Counted from the stretch's first letter, positions 1 through 13,744 are shown. The stretch is DNA of 64,000 bases from Dendrobates tinctorius (GCF_039654945.1 NW_027361698.1:22940001-23004000), one strand, 5' to 3'. Notes: a model not told the origin generated them from the letters alone. A program made the numbers and translations.

Positions 1-330
1 CAGGTTGCTTTGATAGCAGCCTTCAGCTCATCTGTATTGTTGGCTCTGGTGTCTCTCATCTTCCTTTTGACAATACCCCATAGATTCTCTATGGGGCTAA
101 GGTCAGACGAATTTGCTGGCCAATCAAGCAGTGATACTGTTGTTTTTAAATCAGGTGTTGGTACTTTTGGCAGTGTGGACAGGTGCCAAGTCCTGCTGTA
201 GAAAGCTTGTCAGCAGTGGGAAGCATGAAGTGCTCTAAAATTTCCTGGTAGATGGCTGCGCTGACTTTGGTCTTGATAAAACACAGTGGACATACACCAG
301 GAGATGACATGGCTTCCCAAACCATCACTG
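1..330 (-). mobile_element. Degenerate Tc1 transposase C-terminal fragment (continues left of window)
   Basis: Minus strand reads SVMVW..., YQEILEHFMLP, then WPANSSDLSPIENLWG (the Tc1 [12 protein letters not shown] motif); contains frameshifts and deletions. Confidence 0.8.
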
Positions 331-1271
331 ATTGTAGAAATGTAAAAATAGAACAAACTTCACTGCGCTTATGCTCAAGAAGTAACAGGTGAATACAGAC
401 CAAGAAATCGCAACAACCAAGGTTACAATTGAAATATAACCCTTTGCTGATGTTGCACACAATTTCTGACAAATAGCGGTGAGGCTATAATTTAACCACA
501 CAAACGTTGTGTATATTCAGCTCATAAATCCCTAAAAAATCTCAGATGAATAGAGGCCAAAAAAACCCTTCTCGAAACGGAGGTTTACAATAGCACTGTA
601 TCCTTAGTCTTTATAATAACATCCATAATGAAAATGATTGCATAATTTATTTACTTTAAATACAGCCTTATATATCACAACTACAAACGTTTGTTGAAAG
701 ACTGAATGGGAAAATAATGTAATAATAACGACGTGTAGAATTTATGTATAGAAATGAGCAAATCTTCTAAATTTCAAATTTGCTATGTTTGTCAAATTAT
801 TTTAAAAATTGAATTTGCTGCAAATCAATTCTGCATGAAAATATATATTTGAATTACCCTGGAAAGACACATGTAACACTTTGAGATCTCCTATGACAGT
901 ATCTTACCCCTTTTAAGCTCTTTAACACAAACACAGACTTAGAAATGTCAAAGTGAACTCACCATAGAAATGTATGGTAACCCAGTAGTAACCAAAAGTC
1001 TATTTCCTTCATAGAACATTGACAGAGTTTTCATGCTTTTTTTCATAAAAAAAAATCAATCCTCTTTGTAAGGGTGCACTCACTGCATATAAAAAGTAAC
1101 CGAGTTTCTCAGCCAGAAAAGCTAGAGAGTGTCAAGCGAGTGTCATTCGTTTTTTTTCTCACCTAGCATCAGTATGACATGTGAGTGCTATGCATGTGTC
1201 CATTTTTTCCCTCAACTAGCATCCATATGAAATGCATTTGCAATGCATTTTTAACATTGGCTTTTACTTAA

Positions 1272-2267
1272 CCCCTTAACCCCAGGAGCTTTTTTCAGTT
1301 TTGTGTTTTCGTTTTTCGCTCCCCTTCTTTCCAGAGCCATAACTTTTTTATTTTTCCATCAATATGGCCATGTGAGGGCTTATTTTTTGTGGGATGAGTT
1401 GTACTTTTGAATGATACCATTGGTTTTACCATGTCATTTACTAGAAATTTGGTTAAAAATTCCAAGTGCGGTGAAATTGCAAAAAAGCGCAATCCCACAC
1501 TTGTTTGGCTTTTTTACTAGGCTCACTAAATGCTAAAACTGACCTGCCATTATGATTCTCCAGGTCATTATGAGTTCATAGACACCAAACAAGTCTAGGT
1601 TATTTTTTATCTAAGTGGTGAAAAAAAATTCCAAACTTTACTAAAAAAAAAGCGTAATATTCCAATACTTGTAGTGTCTCGGGATGGGTGAGGGCTTATT
1701 TTTTGCGTGCCGAGCTGTCATTTTTAATGATACCATTTTGTTGCATATACAATTTTCGATCACCCATTATTGCATTTTAATGCAATGTCACGGCAAACAA
1801 AAAAACGCAATTCTGGCATTTTGACTTTTTTTCTCACTACGCCGTTCAGCAATCAGGTAAATCCTTTTCTTTAATGATAGATCAGGTGATTTTGAACACG
1901 GCAATACTGAATATGTGCATGTTTGATTTTATTTTTATTGTTTTATTTTGAACTGGGTGAAAGGGGGGTGATTTGAACTTTTATATTTTTTTATTTTTTT
2001 ATATTTTTAAACACAATTTTTTTTACATTAGTCATGCTTCAATAGTTTCCATGTGAGACTAGAAGCTGCCACAACCTGATCGTCTCTACTACATGGAGGC
2101 GATGGTCAGATCGCCTCTATGTAGTAAAATTGCTCACTTGATATGAGTGTGGACCATAGAAAGCTCCAGGAGACCTCTGGTTGTCATGTTAACACAATGG
2201 TGACCCACGATTACGTGACGCGGGTTGCTGGTGTGCGTATTTCCAGCGCAATTGCCGGAAGCGCTGG
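1272..2267. mobile_element. piggyBac-like non-autonomous element (one arm), interrupted by a second element
   Basis: Begins TTAA|CCCCTTAAC. Internal sequence is related, in reverse complement, to 34500-35170 and 59500-60170. Broken at the TTAA at 2268-2271. Confidence 0.6.
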
Positions 2268-2271
2268 TTAA

Positions 2272-3950
2272 CCCCTTAACACCCAGGGTGGTTTGCACGT
2301 TCATGACCAGGCCAATTTTTACAATTCTGACCACTGTCCCTTTATGAAGTAATTACTCTGAAGCGCTTCCATGGATCCCAGTGATTCTGACATTGTTTTC
2401 TCATGACATATTGTACTTCATGTTAGTGGCAAAATTTAATTCATATAACTTGCATTTATTTGTGAAAAAAATGGAAATTTGGCAAAAATTGTGAAAATTT
2501 GAAAATTTCGCAATTTTCCAACTTTTCATTTTTATGCCCTTAAATCACAGAGATACGGCACACAAAAATCTTAATAAGTAACATTTCCCACATGTTTACT
2601 TTACATCAGCACAATTTTGGAACCAAAATTTTTTTTCTTAGGAAGTTATAAGGGTTAAAAGTTGACCAAGAAGTTTATTAACCCTTCAGGTGCTTCACAG
2701 GAATTTTTTGAATATTAAAAAAAAAAAAAAATGAACATTTAACTTTTTTTCACAAAAAAAATACTTCAGGTTCAATTCTTTTTATTTTACCAAGGGTAAA
2801 AGGAGAAATTTGACTGGAAAAGTTATTATGCAATTTGTCCTGAGTACGCTAATACCTGATATGTGGGGGGAACCACTATTTTGGCGCATGACAGAGCTCA
2901 GAAGGGAAGGAGCGCCGTTTGACTTTTTCAATGCAAAATTGGCTGGAATTCAGATCGGACGCCATGTCACATTTGGGGAGCCCCTGATGTACCTAAACAG
3001 TGGAAACCCCCCACAAGTGACCCCATTTTGGAAACTAGACCCCCCAAGGAACTTATCTAGATATGTGGTGAGAACTTTGAATCCACAAGGGCTTCACAGA
3101 AGTTTATAACGTACAGCGGTACAATTAAAAAATCATATTTTTTCCACAAAAATGATCTTTTCACCCTCAATTCTTAATTTTCAAAGGGTAACAGGACCCT
3201 AAAAGTTATTGTGCAATTTGTCTTGAGTACGCTGATACCCCATATGTGGGTGTAAACGACTATTTGGGCGCATGGCAGAGCTCGGAAGGGAAGCAGCTCC
3301 ATTTGACGTTTTTGGCTGGAATTGAGATCGGACACCATGTCGCGTTTGGAAAGCCCCTGATGTACCTAAACAGTGGAAACCCCCACAAGTGACCCAATTT
3401 TGGAAGCTAGACCCCCTAAGGAACTTATCTAGATGTGTGGTGAGCACTTTGAACCCCCAAGGGCTTCACAGAAGTTTATAATGCCCAGCATGAAAATAAA
3501 AAAATCGTATTTTTTCCACAAACATGATCATTTAGTCCCCAATTTTTTTATTTTCCCAAGGGTACCAGGAGAAAATGGACCCCAAAAGTTGTTGTCCAAT
3601 TTGTCCTGAGTACACTGCTACCCCATATGTGGGAGAAAACTACTGTATGGGCACACGTCGGTGCTCGGAAGGGAAGTAGTGATGTTTTGGAATGCAGACT
3701 TTGATGGAATGGTCTGCGGGTGTCATGTTGCCTTTGGAGAGCCCCTGATGTACCTAAACAGTGGAAACCCCCAACAAATGACACCATTTTGGAAACTAGA
3801 CCCCCTAAGGAACTTATCTAGACATGTGGTGAGCACTTTGAACCCCCAAGGGCTTTACACAAGTTTATAATGCCCGGGCGTGAAAATATAAAAATCGTTG
3901 TTTTCCACAAACATGATCATTTCGTCCCCAATTTTTTTATTTTCCCAAAG
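2272..3950 (+). mobile_element. Truncated piggyBac-like non-autonomous element with ~390-bp tandem array
   Basis: TTAA|CCCCTT terminus; near mirror image of ~36500-38278. The anchor GAACTTATCTAG recurs at ~3048, ~3421 and ~3810. Confidence 0.8.
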
Positions 3951-3959
3951 GTATGCATT

Positions 3960-4172
3960 TTTTTTTAAACAGGTCGGGCGGACCAAAAATTCAACAGGTT
4001 GAGTCCGGCGCGCCTAGGCGCACACTACAAAAAAACGCAGGCGCACGAAAACGCATACGATCGCGTGCATAAGCTAGACCATGCACCCCTATGTTAAAGA
4101 TGGAGGCGCAGGATGCATGTGCATGGACGCGCATGAAGCGCAGCGTTAAAAAACGCTAGTGTGAAACCAGCC
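3960..4172. mobile_element. Right half of a Harbinger/PIF-type MITE
   Basis: Ends GTGTGAAACCAGCC|TTA, matching the GGCTACTTTCACAC TIR type seen at 60830. Confidence 0.55.
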
Positions 4173-4179
4173 TTAGATA

Positions 4180-4930
4180 TATAATTAATGGAGTGTGTGT
4201 AGCTTACTGTACATGTATTTAGGTAATAAAGAATTAAAAGAAAAAATGTTGTGGGATCCCCTAATTTCTAGTAATCAGCTGAAGGAAAGCTGACAGCTGA
4301 GGGCTGATGTTTATAACCTGGGAAGGGGTAGTAAACATGGAGCTTGCTATTAATATCAGCTCACAGCTGTTTACTTAGCTACTTAGCCTTTACAAGTTAT
4401 TAAAATGGGGTACTCCCCAAAAAAGGCTTAAAACCTGCAAAGGCTGGGTAGACAGCTGTAGGCTGATATTAATAGGCTAGGAAGGTGCCATGGATATTGG
4501 CCCCCCTGCAGACTAACAACATCAGCCCTCAGCCACCCCAGAAATGGCACATCCATGTTCCAAAACTGCCGCTTAGCCTCGCTCATGCTACTTGCCCTGG
4601 TGCAGAAGCAAATAGGGTAATAATTATGGCGTTGATGTCGGCCTTGTATTAGCAGCTGACATCAAGCTCAGTGGTTAGTAATGAAGAGTCATCTATATGT
4701 ATCTATTACTAACCTCATAGTCATATTGTGAAAAATACGCAGCCAGAGAAGTGTCCTTTAATTGAAAGAAAGACACAAACTCTTTTATTTGAAATTAAAC
4801 TCCCTACCCTCTTTTACCCATTTTTTAATGTAAATTAAAAAATAATAAGCTACCATATTCCTCACCTGTCCAACGAAAAGATAATCCATATGTGTCTCAC
4901 AAAGAACTCCAGCTTTGGTACATCTGGGTG
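4180..4930. mobile_element. Arm of a dispersed fold-back (long inverted-repeat) non-autonomous DNA element family
   Basis: Similar to 13757-14948, 19560-20110 and, reversed, to 20430-21030 and 26810-27250. Confidence 0.6.
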
Positions 4931-5009
4931 GTTTGTTGAGGAATATGTCTTAGTAAGGTGAAACATTAAGATTTACCTTCTATGGAACTAAGAGATCTAA
5001 GCCAACCCC

Positions 5010-5290
5010 TAAAAGGCAACATCATAACATTATTCTTCCACCAAACTTTACACATGGCATAATACAGCCAATGTTCTCCTAGCATTTTCAATACCCACAC
5101 TTGTCTATCACACTGCCTGATAGACAATCATGATATTTTACCCAACAGAACATATTTCTATTGCTCTACCTTGATGTAAACTGGCATGCAGCTATTCATC
5201 CATGGAAATCCAGGCCATGGAGCTCCTGGAGGACAGTTTTTTGTGCTTATGTTAATTATAGAGTAGATTTGGAAGTCCACAGCTGCTGAT
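5010..5290 (-). mobile_element. Old Tc1 transposase remnant
   Basis: Minus strand gives VKFGGRIML, resembling Tc1 VKxGGGSVM; heavily degraded. Confidence 0.45.
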
Positions 5291-5312
5291 GTAATATAGC
5301 CCAAATTATTAA

Positions 5313-5898
5313 AGCACCACTGCAGCAGGTTTTTTATTGCACCGCTGAAGTGATGCTTTAAGGCCGGGGTCACACTTGCGAGTGCAATGTGAGATACTCT
5401 TGCGAGTCTGCCACTGGAGTGTTCAGCTGCATAGAAAGACGTGCAGCTGCACACTCCGGTCCCTGCTGCTGGGTATTGAGGCGAGAGACTCACACGAGTT
5501 TCTCGCATTGCACTCACAAGTATGACCCCAGCCTAACTGTAATTCCCCTGTCTCATATTCAACTGCCAATGCCTTCATCCTTTTCCAGTGTCGCTCCCGT
5601 AAGTCTCCGGTGAAAAGTGACCTGCGAGCAGCTCCAGTGCTTCATGAAGCATGCCGGAGGACATTTTTCAATACATTTCTATGAGAGCTTTGTTCTTGCT
5701 CTCACAGAGTTGCATTGAGTTTTTGTGACGTAACTTCTGACTTCCGGCCAGTCAGAAGTTATGGGCATAAGAAGGCGCCACGTGACCAAAGCGGCGTGAA
5801 TCCATCTGAAGATGAGTATAATAACTGGGGAAGTGGGGAAGGATGCCTCCATTTATGCCGCCACTTCAGCGCTAAAAAAAGAATGCTGGAGTGGTGCT
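5313..5898. mobile_element. Kolobok/T2-type MITE
   Basis: TTAA at both ends (5309-5312, 5899-5902); TIR AGCACCACT(G/C)CAGC...GCTGGAGTGGTGCT. Confidence 0.7.
5362..5533. mobile_element. Harbinger-type MITE nested in the Kolobok-type MITE
   Basis: TAA TSD (5359-5361, 5534-5536); TIR GGCCGGGGTCACACTTG / CAAGTATGACCCCAGCC. Confidence 0.75.
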
Positions 5899-6787
5899 TT
5901 AAGACAGGTGCTATTCAGTCTTAGGCCTTTTTCGCATGTACTATTTCCAGTACCGGAAAAAACGGTACAGGAGATATCCGTGCCCGTGTGTGTAATACGT
6001 GCTGCAAACGTGTGGCAACCATGTGCCGCATCAGTACCACATGGACAGCCGCCTGGGAATAAGCGCAACGGTAAGCACTGTTCCCCAGTGGCAGGTGCTG
6101 AAGATTGCTCTCATCATTCTCTCCTGCACTGCGATCAAAGCGAGCAGAGGAAAATGATGAGAATTATACTAAAGTCCGAAATATGACAGCAGGTGGGGGC
6201 TTCTGGGACAATTACTCCCATCATCCGACACATGCTGCCGCTAATAACAGCTACAGCATGAGTGGATGATAGGGTTTTCCTCAGCCACCACCTGCGATCT
6301 AATGAAATAAATGAATGAAAAACCCGACGTGGGTTCCCAAATATTTTCTTCTACCAACTAGGCAAAACTCACAGCTAGGAGCTGCAACCCTCAGCTGTCA
6401 GTTTCAGCAAGGTTGGCTTTCAAGAATAGAGGAGTCCCCATACTGTTTCTTTTAATTATTTAAATAAATAATTTTAAAAAACGGCATGGGGTCCCCCCTA
6501 TTTTTTGACAACCAGCCTTGCTAAAGCTAACAGCTGGGGGCTGTTATTCTCAGGCTGCTAAGGGGCCATTGATATTGCCCCCCAGCTTAAAAACAGCAGA
6601 AAAGGCACAGATTTTTGACAGTTGCTGTTTTGTTACAGCATATGTAGGTTAATTATGTTAATGCTCCTACATAGGCTGGTGACTGTGTGTGTGTGTATGT
6701 GCGTGCGTGTTTTATTAATGAGGGTATATGGCTGACACTTATTCATTACTAAACACTGGCTTGGCATTATATATATATGTATATAAA

Positions 6788-7132
6788 TCCAACAATGTAG
6801 ACCAGCTCACTCCTGTGAACCACCTGGAACCTCAGCTGACCTGGTTAACTCCGTTGTGCCCGGATCTGGATGTAGGAGTCCATCCATACAAATGTGAACA
6901 ACAACAAAGCAAAGTCCAGCAATAACGTGAGCAATCCAGGATGCTGTTAACATTTTTTTTCTTTTTATTCATAAATCCATTAAAATGCAATGGTCCAAGC
7001 AGTTCAAAACAGCAATAACGCAGGAAAGTCGTGCAGATAGGACTACGCGTTTCAACGGTAGAACCCGCCTTCTTCACGGTCCAGAATCTGGATTGCTCAC
7101 GTTATTGCTGGACTTTGCTTTGTTGTTGTTCA
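6788..7132 (-). mobile_element. Penelope-like pLTR fragment with inverted terminal segment
   Basis: Perfect 45-bp inverted repeat (6895-6939 vs 7088-7132), a hammerhead-like motif inside, (TA)n flanks, and a second copy at 13553-13744. Confidence 0.6.
7040..7082 (-). ncRNA. Minimal PLE-type hammerhead ribozyme-like motif (atypical core)
   Basis: Minus strand GGAC-CG-UGAAGA-AGGCGG(GUUCUA)CCGUU-GAAA-CGCG-UA-GUCC: helix I GGAC/GUCC, helix II, and palindromic helix III ACGCGU. The C3 position is non-canonical. Confidence 0.55.
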
Positions 7133-9955
7133 TATATATATATATGTATATATATTTATATATACTGTAAATATATATTATATTCACTTATATTTGTTTT
7201 GTGTGTAAACATTATATTTGAACACGTTATGTAATGACATTATGGTCTTCAATGGAGAATGAAAAAGAAGAGGCTGAACAAGGAAATGATATCACAATTC
7301 TTTTTTTCTAAAATATCTTTATTTAGGTCTATGGATTTACAAAAACACATAAAAATCACATAAAAACGCTAGTATAGTTTGGCGAGCTTAGTGGCATAAC
7401 CATCGACATAGAGGTAGAGGAATGTATATAGGGTGGATGGATCACTGACCCGAATTCATGTAGAGATATATATACACCACAGAAATGAATGGATATATTT
7501 GAATGAAAATGAAATTTACTTAAATATTACAAAATGCAGCTTTTACAAAATGTGCTGCTGGCTTCTGTAACTAGCTCAGGTGGAAGGGCATTATGTAGAA
7601 TACATGAGCAGACAATAAGCTACGTTTTTGCATCATTTGTACATTTATTTATATATGCCAAGCTGTACATTGCTACTACCATTTGTAATGCAATGTTGTC
7701 ACATAGTCAAATCATATCCAAAATGGGACATGTGATTAACCTTGTCATTCCAAGCAATGCAAAGTGGTCAAGGGTAAGTTAGAGTTGCCTTGCCAACAAT
7801 GTCATAGTTGGGATCCAAGGCAACTCTCATTATTGTGATATGATCATGATTGAAGCAATAGGCATGCTATGCAGGGCATCTAGAGCAGCAGTAATGCAGA
7901 CATGCATGCAATGTGAGAAAATGCATAAAAAATAAGATAATCTATTTCACACAAATCTTTCACAATGTTACGGGATATGATGGTATTCTATGTTGAAAGT
8001 CAAATCAGCAACTAAAGACTGTGTAGTTTTTCGGATACTTGTTCATGAATCCGTTCTTAAGACCCATGTTGAAAGAACTTAAGTTAAATATAAGAAATAA
8101 AAACAGTAAAAAAGTCAACAAAGTATTAAGTTACTAAATACAAAGTAAAACACAATCCATGGTCTTGAAAAAGGCTAAAATGTGCTGTGCTAGAAAAGCC
8201 AAGCGCAAGAAAGCTGTGGAGTAAAATGTAAGGTATGTAAGCTTTAAGTCTATTAGGTGAGATGTCTCTCAACCTTACACATAAAGTACCCACTGCTATA
8301 GATTTTGGTCTTAAGGCGACATCAGGATAGCATGTAAGAGCAGTTACTGTTGATCTTTTATACTAATTTTGGATTAATTGTGATCTGCTGCAGTGTGTAA
8401 ACATGCTAACCTAGCGCTTCAGCTTCACCACAGATAAACATTAATCCCTCTTAATGCTCTAAGTCAACTTTTAGTCCTTAGCAGAATTTACCTTAATCTC
8501 AGGCGAGGAAGCAAACTGATTTGCAAGACATAATCCCAGGTCTTCCGATACAGACTATAGAACTGGTCAGCTGCTGTTTCCCATGATAGGAGTCTCGGAA
8601 TTGAAAGAGTCTTGTAGAAAGTGAAATCGGTCTGATTGAAAATCACATACTTATTTTTCCTTCTCAGTTATATTTTGTTCATATGTATACACTCATTTCC
8701 ATTATAATTCAATCCAGGCTGCAGAGTCTTAAAAAAGTCTTCTTTGATTATTTTAGGTAAGAATTTGGGTAAAAAATAAACAGCTTAAAACAATTTGCTT
8801 AAACAATGGTCAGCATGTTTATTTACACACACCACTTGCCTATTATATCACTGTTATTGGAAACACTACCTTAGTTAGTAGGGGGGTTTCATCACTGAGC
8901 ATAAAAAAAGTGGGTAAAGCAAATTTTTTTGTTTTAGCATTTTCACAGTTTTCAACTTTACAGTACGATTGACATGTAACAATTCCTATATTTAACAACA
9001 GTAAATGCAAAAAATAATGAATACACAATCAAGTAAAAATTTACAATTCTGAAAAATTGGTCCATGCTTAAAAAACATTATAAAGTACTTTTTTTTTATA
9101 AATGTGAATGCTCCATACATGTTTTTTTTTCTACAAGTAAATTGTGGGAACAAGCAAATTGGGGTTAGAACAGTAATGTAGTAATAGTAGATGGATGTGA
9201 TAACTTTATTAAATGGTAAATCCAGGGGTGTCAAACTGAAATAAACAGAGGGACAAAATTAAAAACTTGGACAAAGTCATGAGCCAAACTTGATATTTAT
9301 TACAAAAAAATGTCTACAGTTGAGGAAGTTTTCTTTATGGCCGAGAGAGCAGATTTTGGCTGCATCGGCACATATCCTTTAAATTTGCATTTAAATGATT
9401 CAAGTGCCAGTAGTTTGGTCAACATGAGTTTCATTTCATGATTGGACAGACTGACAAGGTGTCACCTGTGCACTGCACAGTGAACACATAACGTCACACC
9501 AGGCCGGCGAATCAAATGCTGTGTCTGGGAACCCAGAAGTTCAGGAAATTTGTTCCAATCCTATCCATGGCCAGAGATAGGGGATAACTTTCTGATTGAT
9601 TGTGGACCCAGCAGGTAAACCCCCGGTGATTCCAAGCATGGGGCTTTGGATCCAACAATTGGGCTCTGCTGAATACTGTTTGGAATATAGCGGGGAGATA
9701 AATCACTGTCAGAGAAGTCTAAAAGCAGCAATGAGCATCAACTCGGCTTACTCAAGTGTTCATTTGTATATGGGAGTCAGGAGAGATGGCTTGCCTATGC
9801 CAATTAATAAATATATATGTAAAGACAAAAATACATTATATAATATATATTTATTATATATACACACAGGTAGGATATACTCATATACAATATATATGTT
9901 TTAAATATGTGTATATACTAGATCTTTATGAGTATTTATTGAAGCTGATCATTTA

Positions 9956-10854
9956 CACTCACTGGCCACTTTATTAGGTACACCTGTCCAACTGTGTGTT
10001 AAGACTTAATTTCTAATCAGCCAATCACATGGCGGCAACTCAGTGCATTTAGGCATGTAGACATGGTCAAGACAATCTCCTGCAGTTCAAACCGAGCATC
10101 AGTATGGGGAAGAAAGGTGATTTGAGTGCCTTTGAACGTGGCATGATTGTTGGTGCCAGAAGGGCTGGTCTGAGTATTTCAGAAACTGCTGATCTACTGG
10201 GATTTTCACGCACAACCATCTCTAGGGTTTACAGAGAATGGTCCGAAAAAGAAAAAAAATCCAGTGAGCGGCAGTTCTGTGGCCGGAAATGCCTTGTTGA
10301 TGCCAGAGGTCAGAGGAGAATGGGCATACTGGTTCGAGCTGATAGAAAGGCAACAGTGACTCAAATTGCCACCCGTTACAACCAAGGTAGGCAGAAGAGC
10401 ATCTCTGAACGCACAGTGCGTCGAACTTTGAGGCAGATGGGCTACAGCAGCAGAAGACCACACTGGGTACCACTCCTCTCAGCTAAGAACAGGCATCTGA
10501 TGGCTACTTTCAGCAGGATAATGCGCCATGTCATAAAGCTCGAATCATCTCAGATTGGTTTCTTGAACATGACAATGAGTTCACTGTACTCAAATGGCCT
10601 CCTCAGTCACCAGATCTCAATCCAATAGAGCATCTTTGGGATGTGGTGGAACGGGAGATTCGCATCAGGGATGTGCAGCCGACAAATCTGCGCCAACTGT
10701 GTGATGCCATCATGTCAATATGGTCCAAAATCTCTGAGGAATGCTTCCAGCACCTTGTTGAATCTCTGCCACGAAGAATTGAGGCAGTTCTGAAGGCAAA
10801 AGGGGGTCCAACCCGTTACTAGCATGGTGTACCTAATAAAGTGGCCAGTGAGTG
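9956..10854 (+). mobile_element. Tc1 element with both TIRs and an internally deleted transposase
   Basis: TA flanks; perfect 29-bp TIR CACTCACTGGCCACTTTATTAGGTACACC. ATG at 10104 (MGKKGDLSAFERG, paired-like HTH). The region with the first catalytic Asp is deleted near 10493; FQQDNA and [11 protein letters not shown] remain in another frame. Confidence 0.92.
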
Positions 10855-12825
10855 TATATATAATACACAGGTACAGTGTGTATATTACAGGTACAGTATT
10901 TCTCTATTAATTTACAGACTCCAATGGATGGGGGTAGGGGCAGACATATCATTGGTGCAGCCTGTGTAGCTGCACAGGTGCCCAAGAGGTAAGGGGGCCC
11001 ACTACCACCTACAAAGTAGGTGGAATTGTGCATTACGAGGAGCTATTGCACTGGAAAGGGCCCATATACTGTTCTTGCAAAGGAGCCCTCTTCTGTCTGT
11101 GTCTGCCAATGGGGTAGGGTCTGGGGATAGGGATCAGTCCCAGCCTAGATTTGTCACAGTAGCAGTTACAGGAGGCCGCTCTGTCAGACTTTAGAATCTG
11201 TGATGGCAATTGTGTCCTCTGAGTTTCCTACTGGTTGGTGCTATGTGTGGCTGGAAAACCTGATCCTGCACCGATCAGCATGGAGTGCGGAATACAGAGT
11301 CACTAAAACACTCAGACTCTGCGACCATTCCTGCCTTGAAAAAGCTGACAGGCAGCAGAAAGCATTCTCACCTCCATCAGTAGAAGAGGTTTTGGGTGAG
11401 TGAGTGAAAACATGCCATTCTGCACAGGCTGAAGGCTGGGAGGAGGCTCTATGTTTGTAGGCTGTGGAGACCAGCAAGTGGGAGGAGGATCAGACTGCTT
11501 GCAAGGACTGAGACGCCAGAGTGTGAGTTCAGGCTCATACTAATTTGCGAGAAAAACGGACAAGTGCAATCCGATAAAAAATCGGATTGTACTCTGACCA
11601 ATGTTATTCGAGGAGCTACATCTCATCTGCAACTTTATTCTCAGCTGAAATTGGACTGAGAAAAAAGAAACAGCATGCTACTATTTGCAGCTTATCTCGA
11701 ATGAGACTCGCTAATGCAAGTCAACGGATGCAAGAAAAAAATAAGAAAAAAATTGCACAGCACCGGTATCCTTAGAAAAGATGGCAATTCATGTGCAGTG
11801 TACAGTAAAATCACACTGACAGGTTATAATAGAAAAGATAGAATAGATACAGTATATAGACATAGAATATACTGTATATATCTCTATATATAAAAATCAG
11901 TGTGTGTGTGTGTGTGTGTGTATCACCAACCAATCACGAAGCATCTTTCATTTCACCAGAGCTGTTCAAAAGAAGCTAAGCTGTGATTGATTGCTATGAC
12001 CAACAGTTTTCCTTGCAACCAATCACTAAGCATCTCTCATTTCACCAGAGCTGGTTAAAAGTAGCTGAGCTGTGAATGGTTGCTATGCGCAAGTTTTCGC
12101 ACTTGACAACACCTCAGCAGACACTGACATGGTGGGAGAAATCTAGCATCCCCAGGAACATAAGCTCCAGCCATCGTCTGTCCCCCAAAAAGGAGCAGTG
12201 AGTACATGACAGAAATTAATCCCAGCCTCCCATGTGGTATCATTAAGTGACACACATGCATGTAGGAAAGTGCACATATTAAATGTCATGTGGATTTAAT
12301 ATTTTCTCACAGACACTTTTATGTATTATTGATGTGTTACTGTGCTCTGATGCTGTGAGTTTTTTTTAAAGTGCTACTTTCCCCACAATTCACCTGAATA
12401 TACCCATATAACACGTAATGCTTTTCCCATAACAACCCATTAAATATGATACTATACTGCATACAGATACTGTACATCCATGAGCAACTCAGCCAGACAA
12501 ATTACAAGTTGTCGGTGCATGAAAATGTGTGTGAAGGTTTCTCTACTGCACTAATGTATAAGGTTTGTGCCTGTCCATTGGTGAAAAGCATGACTGTGAT
12601 ATTTATGGCAGCTGATAAATGAGAATATCAGCCTGATCAGTAGAAAACCTGGGAACTTAGTGAACCATGTTTCTGTGCAATTTCACTATTCTACTTTTAC
12701 TGGCTTTGACGGGATGATGTGGGATATTAGGGGTAGTAGTCCAGTAGCTCTGGCTGACGGGATGATGTGGGATATTATAGTGAATGTGGCTATGCGGAGT
12801 GGGTGGGGCTCTACACTCAGCTTTA

Positions 12826-13539
12826 TCTAATATATAAAGCTCAATGTGTGTATGTATGTATGTATGTGTGTATGTCCTGGATTAGCATCCGGACCATCAA
12901 AGCTACAGCCACAAAATTTGGCACAGTCACACATCTGGACCCCGAGAGTGTCCTAAGCTATGTTGTGAGGTGAAATTTTAACCCCGCGCATTCCAATTCA
13001 CCAAACAACTTTGCCCCTATCTACATAATGGGGAAACAGTGTGTGCGTATCATGCCCCACCCCTCATTATGATGTCACAATGGTTGCCATGGCGACGCTT
13101 ATGTCATCATAGGTTGCAAGCCCCGCCGCTCATTATGATGTCATAATGGTTGACTATGGGATGTAGGATGTGTGATGGGTATATGGGCACTGGGCTATGG
13201 GATGGAGGATATGTATGACGGGTATATGGGCACGGGACTTTGGGATGGAGGATGTGTGATGGGTATATGGGCACTGGACTATGGGATGGAGGATATGCAT
13301 GACGGGTATATGGGCACGGGACTATGGGATCGTGGATATGTATGATGGGTATATGGGCACGGGACTATGGGATTGAGGATAATTATAATTTGCTATAACT
13401 AACCACAGTTAGTTACTATGCCTGGGCAGCACCGGGCTCTTCAGCTAGTATATAGATATAATCATTATAATTTGTTATAACTAACAGTAGTCATTTACTA
13501 TAGTTACTATGCCCGGGCAGCGCGGGGCTCTTCAGCTAG
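12826..13539 (+). mobile_element. Non-autonomous Helitron with duplicated 3' end
   Basis: A|TC 5' start; GC-rich subterminal hairpin followed by CTAG|T at 13445-13449 and again at 13536-13540; no TSD; internal micro- and minisatellites. Confidence 0.7.
13155..13380. repeat. ~40-bp minisatellite inside the Helitron
   Basis: About 5-6 copies of ATGGGATGGAGGATATGTATGACGGGTATATGGGCACGGGACT variants. Confidence 0.85.
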
Positions 13540-13552
13540 TATATATATATAT

Positions 13553-13744
13553 ATGAACAACGACAAAGCAAAGTCCAGCAATAACGTGAGCAATCCAGGA
13601 TGCTGTTAAAACATTTTTTCTTTTTATTCATAAATCCATTAAAATGCAATGGTCCAAGCAGTTCAAAACAGCAATAACGCAGGAAAGTCGTGCAGATAGG
13701 ACTACGCGTTTCAGCGGTAGAACCCGCCTTCTTCACGGTCCAGA
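13553..13744 (-). mobile_element. Second Penelope-like pLTR fragment with hammerhead-like motif (13699-13741)
   Basis: Nearly identical to 6895-7085. Helix II here is GGCGG/CCGCU. Confidence 0.6.

Noticed and set aside
7250-8650. Possible decayed retroelement
   Set aside because: No diagnostic motif or boundary could be identified by eye.
10935-11111. hAT-like MITE ends (also near 9224 and 38570-38842)
   Set aside because: The termini are degenerate and no matching 8-bp TSD was found.
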